A program made the translations under genes and the position numbers. Below are positions 54,577-64,000 of a DNA stretch of 64,000 nucleotides, piece by piece. The notes under the pieces are model-generated. The model ran no database searches. It was given only the letters and a program-made list of their open reading frames with translations, and was not told the DNA's origin. The number at the start of each line of letters is the position of its first letter. The stretch's first letter is position 1. This DNA comes from a phage. Where the stretch lies: the sequence record OZ335962.1; one strand, written 5' to 3'.

Positions 54577-55443
54577 ATGTTCATTCAAGAACCAAAGAAA
54601 TTGATTGATACCGGCGAAATTGGTAACGCTTCTACTGGTGATATCTTATTCGACGGTGGTAATAAAATTAATAGTGATTTTAACGCAATTTATAATGCGT
54701 TTGGCGATCAGCGCAAAATGGCAGTAGCAAATGGCACTGGAGCAAATGGCCAAATTATCCATGCTACTGGATATTATCAAAAGCACTCTATAGCAGAGTA
54801 TGCAACTCCAGTAAAAGTTGGCACTAGACATGATATTGATACCTCTACTGTAGGTGTTAAAGTTATCATTGAAAAAGGCGAACTTGGCGACTGTGTTGAA
54901 TTTATTAACTCAAATGGGTCAATATCAGTTACTAATCCTTTAACAATTCAGGCTATTGATTCAATCAAAGGTGTTTCGGGTAATTTGGTAGTAACTAGCC
55001 CATATAGTAAAGTTACTTTACGATGTATTTCATCTGATAATTCTACGTCTGTTTGGAATTATTCTATTGAAAGTATGTTTGGCCAAAAGGAATCACCGGC
55101 CGAAGGTACATGGAATATTTCTACGTCTGGATCAGTTGACATTCCGCTATTTCATCGTACTGAATATAATATGGCTAAATTGTTAGTTACATGCCAATCA
55201 GTAGATGGAAGAAAAATTAAAACAGCAGAAATAAATATTCTTGTAGATACTGTTAATTCAGAGGTCATTTCTTCTGAATATGCTGTCATGCGAGTTGGGA
55301 ATGAAACTGAAGAAGACGAAATCGCTAATATTGCATTTAGTATTAAAACAAATTATGTAACAGCGACTATAAGTTCTTCAACTGTCGGTATGAGAGCAGC
55401 AGTTAAAGTTATCGCTACGCAGAAAATCGGGGTGGCTCAATAA
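54577..55443 (+). CDS. 9: Baseplate wedge protein gp9 (long-tail-fibre socket)
   Basis: 288-aa ORF; late promoter TATAAATA 54545-54552. Confidence 0.85.
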   Translation: MFIQEPKKLIDTGEIGNASTGDILFDGGNKINSDFNAIYNAFGDQRKMAVANGTGANGQIIHATGYYQKHSIAEYATPVKVGTRHDIDTSTVGVKVIIEKGELGDCVEFINSNGSISVTNPLTIQAIDSIKGVSGNLVVTSPYSKVTLRCISSDNSTSVWNYSIESMFGQKESPAEGTWNISTSGSVDIPLFHRTEYNMAKLLVTCQSVDGRKIKTAEINILVDTVNSEVISSEYAVMRVGNETEEDEIANIAFSIKTNYVTATISSSTVGMRAAVKVIATQKIGVAQ

Positions 55444-57248
55444 TGAAACAAAATATTAATATCGGTAATGTTGTTGATGATGGTACCGGTGACTACCTGC
55501 GTAAAGGTGGTATAAAAATAAATGAAAACTTTGATGAACTTTATTATGAACTCGGTGATGGAGATGTTCCATATTCAGCCGGTGCCTGGAAAACTTATAA
55601 TGCTTCATCTGGTCAAACACTAAAAGCTAAGTGGGGAAAATCATACGCTATTAATACCTCTTCTGGAAGAGTAACTTTACAACTTCCTAAAGGAACTGTT
55701 AATGATTATAATAAAGTAATTAGAGCTAGGGATGTATTTGCAACATGGAACATTAATCCAGTTACTTTAGTAGCTGCTTCTGGAGATACAATTAAAGGGT
55801 CGTCATCGTCAGTTGAAATTAATATTCAATTTAGTGATTTAGAGCTCGTTTATTGCGCACCAGGACGTTGGGAGTATGTCAAAAACAAACAAATTGATAA
55901 AATTATTAGTTCAGATATTAGTAATGTAGCTCGCAAAGAATTTTTAGTAGAAGTTCAAGGACAAACTGACTTTTTAGATATTTTCCGTGGAACTAGTTAT
56001 AATGTTAATAACATAAGAGTAAAACATCGCGGTAACGAATTATATTACGGCGATGTATTTAGTGAAAACAGTGACTTTGGCTCTCCAGGGGAAAATGAAG
56101 GTGAATTAATTCCTCTTGATGGATTTAATATTAGGTTAAGACAGCCTTGTAATATTGGTGACACTGTTCAAATTGAAACATTTATGGATGGTGTATCACA
56201 ATGGAGAAGTTCATATACAAGACGCCAAATAAAAGTACTAGATTCAAAACTAACATCAAAGACTTCTTTAGAAGGAAGCATTTATGTTACTGATTTATCG
56301 GCGATGAAATCAATTCCATTTTCTGCATTTGGATTAATTCCTGGTGAACCCATTAATCCTAATTCTCTTGAGGTTCGTTTTAATGGAATTTTACAGCAGC
56401 AGGCTGGAACAGCTGGATATCCTCTGTTTTTGTGCGAAGGCGCTAATTCAGATACGCAAGAAGGATGTATATCTCTTGGTGGCGAATGGAAAGAATCAAA
56501 CACCGATTATTCTATAGAATATGAAGACGGAAAACCTATCAGTCTTTTATTTGATAGAAAATTTGAATCCGGCGACATTATCGTTATAACATGGTTCAAT
56601 AACGATTTAGGAACTCTTTTAGAAAAAGATGACATCATTGAATTGACTGATGACCGTTATGTTAGCAAAGGATCATCTACCGAGGTTACTGGTGATGTAG
56701 CCTTAACGGATTTTGATAAAATTGGTTGGCCAAATGTTGAAAAAGTTGATTCTTATACTAGAACGTATAATTCAATATCATCTATTTTCGACAGCATTTA
56801 TCCAGTTGGTTCAATTTATGAAAATGCTATAAACCCAAATAATCCAGTGACTTATATGGGATTTGGTTCGTGGAAATTATTTGGTAAAGGACAAGTTTTA
56901 GTAGGATGGAACGATGATGTTACAGATCCAAACTTTGCATTAAACAATAATGATTTAGATTCTAGCGGAAATCCTTCACATACTGCAGGTGGAACAGTTG
57001 GAACAACATCAGTAACGCTTGAAAACGCAAATCTTCCTGCGACTAAAACTGATGAAAGAGTTTTAATTGAAGACGAAAATGGATCAGTTATTATTGGAGG
57101 TTGTCAATATGACCCAGATGAAACTGGTCCTATATATACAAAATATCGTGAAGACTACGCAACAACAAACTCTTCACATACTCCTCCTGCTAATATTAGT
57201 AATATTCAACCATCTATTACTGTATACCGTTGGATAAGGATTGCATAA
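55443..57248 (+). CDS. 10: Baseplate wedge protein gp10
   Basis: 601-aa ORF, TAATG overlaps at both ends. Confidence 0.85.
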   Translation: MKQNINIGNVVDDGTGDYLRKGGIKINENFDELYYELGDGDVPYSAGAWKTYNASSGQTLKAKWGKSYAINTSSGRVTLQLPKGTVNDYNKVIRARDVFATWNINPVTLVAASGDTIKGSSSSVEINIQFSDLELVYCAPGRWEYVKNKQIDKIISSDISNVARKEFLVEVQGQTDFLDIFRGTSYNVNNIRVKHRGNELYYGDVFSENSDFGSPGENEGELIPLDGFNIRLRQPCNIGDTVQIETFMDGVSQWRSSYTRRQIKVLDSKLTSKTSLEGSIYVTDLSAMKSIPFSAFGLIPGEPINPNSLEVRFNGILQQQAGTAGYPLFLCEGANSDTQEGCISLGGEWKESNTDYSIEYEDGKPISLLFDRKFESGDIIVITWFNNDLGTLLEKDDIIELTDDRYVSKGSSTEVTGDVALTDFDKIGWPNVEKVDSYTRTYNSISSIFDSIYPVGSIYENAINPNNPVTYMGFGSWKLFGKGQVLVGWNDDVTDPNFALNNNDLDSSGNPSHTAGGTVGTTSVTLENANLPATKTDERVLIEDENGSVIIGGCQYDPDETGPIYTKYREDYATTNSSHTPPANISNIQPSITVYRWIRIA

Positions 57249-57907
57249 TGAGTTTACTTAATAATAAAGCGGGAGTTATTTCCCGCTTAGCGGATTTTCT
57301 TGGTTTTAGAACTAAGAAAAATGATATTTCGGTTATGAATAATCAACCAGTAGGCGCTGTAACAATTTCACAAATATCAAAAGGTTTTTATGATTCAAAT
57401 GTAGAATCTGCTATCAATGATGTTAGAAATATGGCAGAGCAACAGGTTGGAGCTGTATTAGTTAATATAAGTGGCGTATCTCCTACTGGTGTGCAACAAA
57501 CAGATTATTGGTCATTTGAAGGAACTGTTACTGATACTTCAGCAAAACCGGGTGACCCAGTTATTGTTAACATGTTTGGTATTCCAGTTAAAGCTACTAA
57601 TGGAATGACTTCAATTGAATTCACAAGTGCCGTTAGAATAGCTCTACAGGAAATGGTTGTAAAATTTATCGCAATTGATTCATTTGAAGACCATCCTACC
57701 ATAGGAAATAAAATACAAGTTAAGTATTTAGATAACCAAGAACATATCTTAGAACAATACTCTGATAAAGGAATTACTTTCAAACAAGAAATAATTTCTC
57801 CTTCTAAACCTGGGTATGGAACTTGGCAATTATTAGGTGCGCAAACTGTTACGCTAGATAGTCACACACAACCTACAGTATTTTATTATTTTGAGAGAAT
57901 AGCATGA
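57248..57907 (+). CDS. 11: Baseplate wedge protein gp11 (short-tail-fibre connector)
   Basis: ATG 57248 overlapping gp10 stop gives 219 aa (T4 gp11 length as recalled); ORF-track start 57230 is TTG. Confidence 0.8.
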   Translation: MSLLNNKAGVISRLADFLGFRTKKNDISVMNNQPVGAVTISQISKGFYDSNVESAINDVRNMAEQQVGAVLVNISGVSPTGVQQTDYWSFEGTVTDTSAKPGDPVIVNMFGIPVKATNGMTSIEFTSAVRIALQEMVVKFIAIDSFEDHPTIGNKIQVKYLDNQEHILEQYSDKGITFKQEIISPSKPGYGTWQLLGAQTVTLDSHTQPTVFYYFERIA

Positions 57908-59454
57908 GTAACAATACATATCAGCACGTATCAAATGAATCAAAATATGTTAAATTCGATCCAGTAGGATCGAATTTTCCTGACACTGTCACGACAGTGC
58001 AATCTGCATTGTCAAAAATAAGTAATATTGGCGTAAATGGTATTCCTGATGCAACTATGGAAGTTAAAGGAATAGCAATGATTGCGTCAGAGCAAGAGGT
58101 TTTAGATGGAACTAATAATTCTAAAATCGTTACACCAGCTACATTAGCAACAAGATTATTGTATCCAAATGCTACTGAAACTAAGTATGGTTTAACGCGC
58201 TATTCAACAAATGAAGAAACTTTAGAAGGCTCAGATAATAATTCGTCAATAACTCCACAAAAATTGAAATACCATACTGACGATGTATTCCAAAACAGGT
58301 ATTCATCTGAATCATCAAATGGAGTTATTAAAATATCATCTACACCTGCGGCTTTGGCAGGTGTAGATGATACTACAGCGATGACTCCATTAAAAACCCA
58401 AAAACTTGCAATAAAATTAATTTCACAAATAGCTCCTTCCGAAGATACTGCATCAGAATCTGTGAGAGGTGTAGTTCAGTTATCAACTGTCGCTCAAACT
58501 CGTCAAGGAACTCTTCGCGAAGGATATGCAATTTCCCCATATACCTTTATGAATTCTGTTGCAACACAAGAATATAAGGGTGTTATACGTTTAGGAACGC
58601 AGTCGGAAATTAACAGTAATTTGGGGGATGTTGCAGTAACAGGTGAAACACTAAATGGTCGAGGAGCTACTGGTTCTATGCGTGGAGTAGTTAAATTAAC
58701 GACGCAGGCCGGTATTGCCCCTGAAGGTGATAGTTCTGGAGCATTAGCATGGAACGCGGATGTAATTAATACTCGTGGTGGACAAACTATTAATGGTTCT
58801 TTAAATTTAGACCATCTTACAGCAAATGGAATTTGGTCACGCGGTGGAATGTGGAAAAATGGCGATCAGCCAGTTGCGACAGAACGTTATGCGTCCGAAA
58901 GAATTCCAGTTGGGACTATTATGATGTTTGCAGGTGATTCAGCACCTCCTGGTTGGCTTATGTGCCATGGTGGAACCGTGTCAGGTGACCAATTTCCTGA
59001 TTATAGAAACGTAGTTGGAACGAGATTTGGTGGGGATTGGAATAATCCAGGGATTCCTGATATGCGAGGTCTTTTCGTCAGAGGAGCTGGCACAGGCGGT
59101 CATATTTTAAATCAACGAGGACAAGATGGTTATGGAAAGGATAGACTTGGCGTAGGATGTGACGGAATGCATGTTGGTGGTGTCCAGGCGCAACAAATGT
59201 CATACCATAAACACGCCGGTGGTTGGGGGGAATATAACAGAGGTGAAGGCCCATTTGGCGCGTCAGTTTATCAAGGATATCTTGGAACTAGAAAATATTC
59301 CGATTGGGATAATGCTTCATACTTCACTAATGATGGATTTGAATTAGGTGGACCGAGAGACGCTCATGGTACACTTAATCGTGAAGGATTAATTGGTTAT
59401 GAAACTAGACCATGGAATATATCATTAAACTATATTATTAAAGTTCATTACTAA
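57904..59454 (+). CDS. 12: Short tail fibre protein gp12
   Basis: 516-aa ORF; C-terminus ...[15 protein letters not shown] as recalled for T4 gp12. Confidence 0.85.
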   Translation: MSNNTYQHVSNESKYVKFDPVGSNFPDTVTTVQSALSKISNIGVNGIPDATMEVKGIAMIASEQEVLDGTNNSKIVTPATLATRLLYPNATETKYGLTRYSTNEETLEGSDNNSSITPQKLKYHTDDVFQNRYSSESSNGVIKISSTPAALAGVDDTTAMTPLKTQKLAIKLISQIAPSEDTASESVRGVVQLSTVAQTRQGTLREGYAISPYTFMNSVATQEYKGVIRLGTQSEINSNLGDVAVTGETLNGRGATGSMRGVVKLTTQAGIAPEGDSSGALAWNADVINTRGGQTINGSLNLDHLTANGIWSRGGMWKNGDQPVATERYASERIPVGTIMMFAGDSAPPGWLMCHGGTVSGDQFPDYRNVVGTRFGGDWNNPGIPDMRGLFVRGAGTGGHILNQRGQDGYGKDRLGVGCDGMHVGGVQAQQMSYHKHAGGWGEYNRGEGPFGASVYQGYLGTRKYSDWDNASYFTNDGFELGGPRDAHGTLNREGLIGYETRPWNISLNYIIKVHY

Positions 59455-60921
<1,467 letters not shown>

Positions 60922-60924
60922 CAT

Positions 60925-60940
60925 GGGGCCGCAAGGCCCC
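60925..60940 (+). terminator. GNRA-tetraloop hairpin after wac (weak terminator / processing element)
   Basis: GGGGCC-GCAA-GGCCCC; no U-run. Confidence 0.35.
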
Positions 60941-60952
60941 AAAGGATTTTAA

Positions 60953-62654
<1,702 letters not shown>

Positions 62655-62695
62655 TAAATATTATAAACTAATTAAAGCCCAGATTAGGAGAAATC

Positions 62696-64000
<1,305 letters not shown>

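Overview
The window is a contiguous stretch of a T4-like (T-even type) myovirus genome, running from gene 44 (partial) to gene 16 (partial), with gene order matching T4 as I recall it. Bases 1-45257 are a dense minus-strand block of early/middle genes: clamp and recombination proteins, glucosyltransferase, sigma-55, anaerobic ribonucleotide reductase, endonuclease VII, thioredoxin, the rI lysis-inhibition gene, thymidine kinase, regB, denV, lysozyme e, nudE, a 10-tRNA cluster, internal-protein-like genes, 57B/57A and genes 1, 3, 2, 4. Bases 45305-64000 are plus-strand late genes for baseplate, short tail fibre, fibritin, neck and the terminase small subunit. All calls rest on reading the six-frame translations, motifs and recalled T4 sequences; no database search was run. 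No single clear-cut novel system was identified; the candidates worth a second look are a perfect 255-bp in-frame tandem duplication, a tandem array of four divergent coiled-coil paralogs beside a P-loop ATPase and nucleotidyltransferase pair, a macro-domain protein, and four genes with internal-protein-type N-terminal capsid-targeting sequences. Also notable are two tRNAs (Tyr, Asn) beyond the eight I recall for T4 and recurrent early promoters embedded in inverted repeats. Compared with my recollection of T4 there is no nrdD intron and no homing endonuclease gene. Many ORF-track starts are GTG/TTG or lie upstream of the mapped promoter; I re-set those starts where an ATG with a Shine-Dalgarno (SD) sequence was visible.
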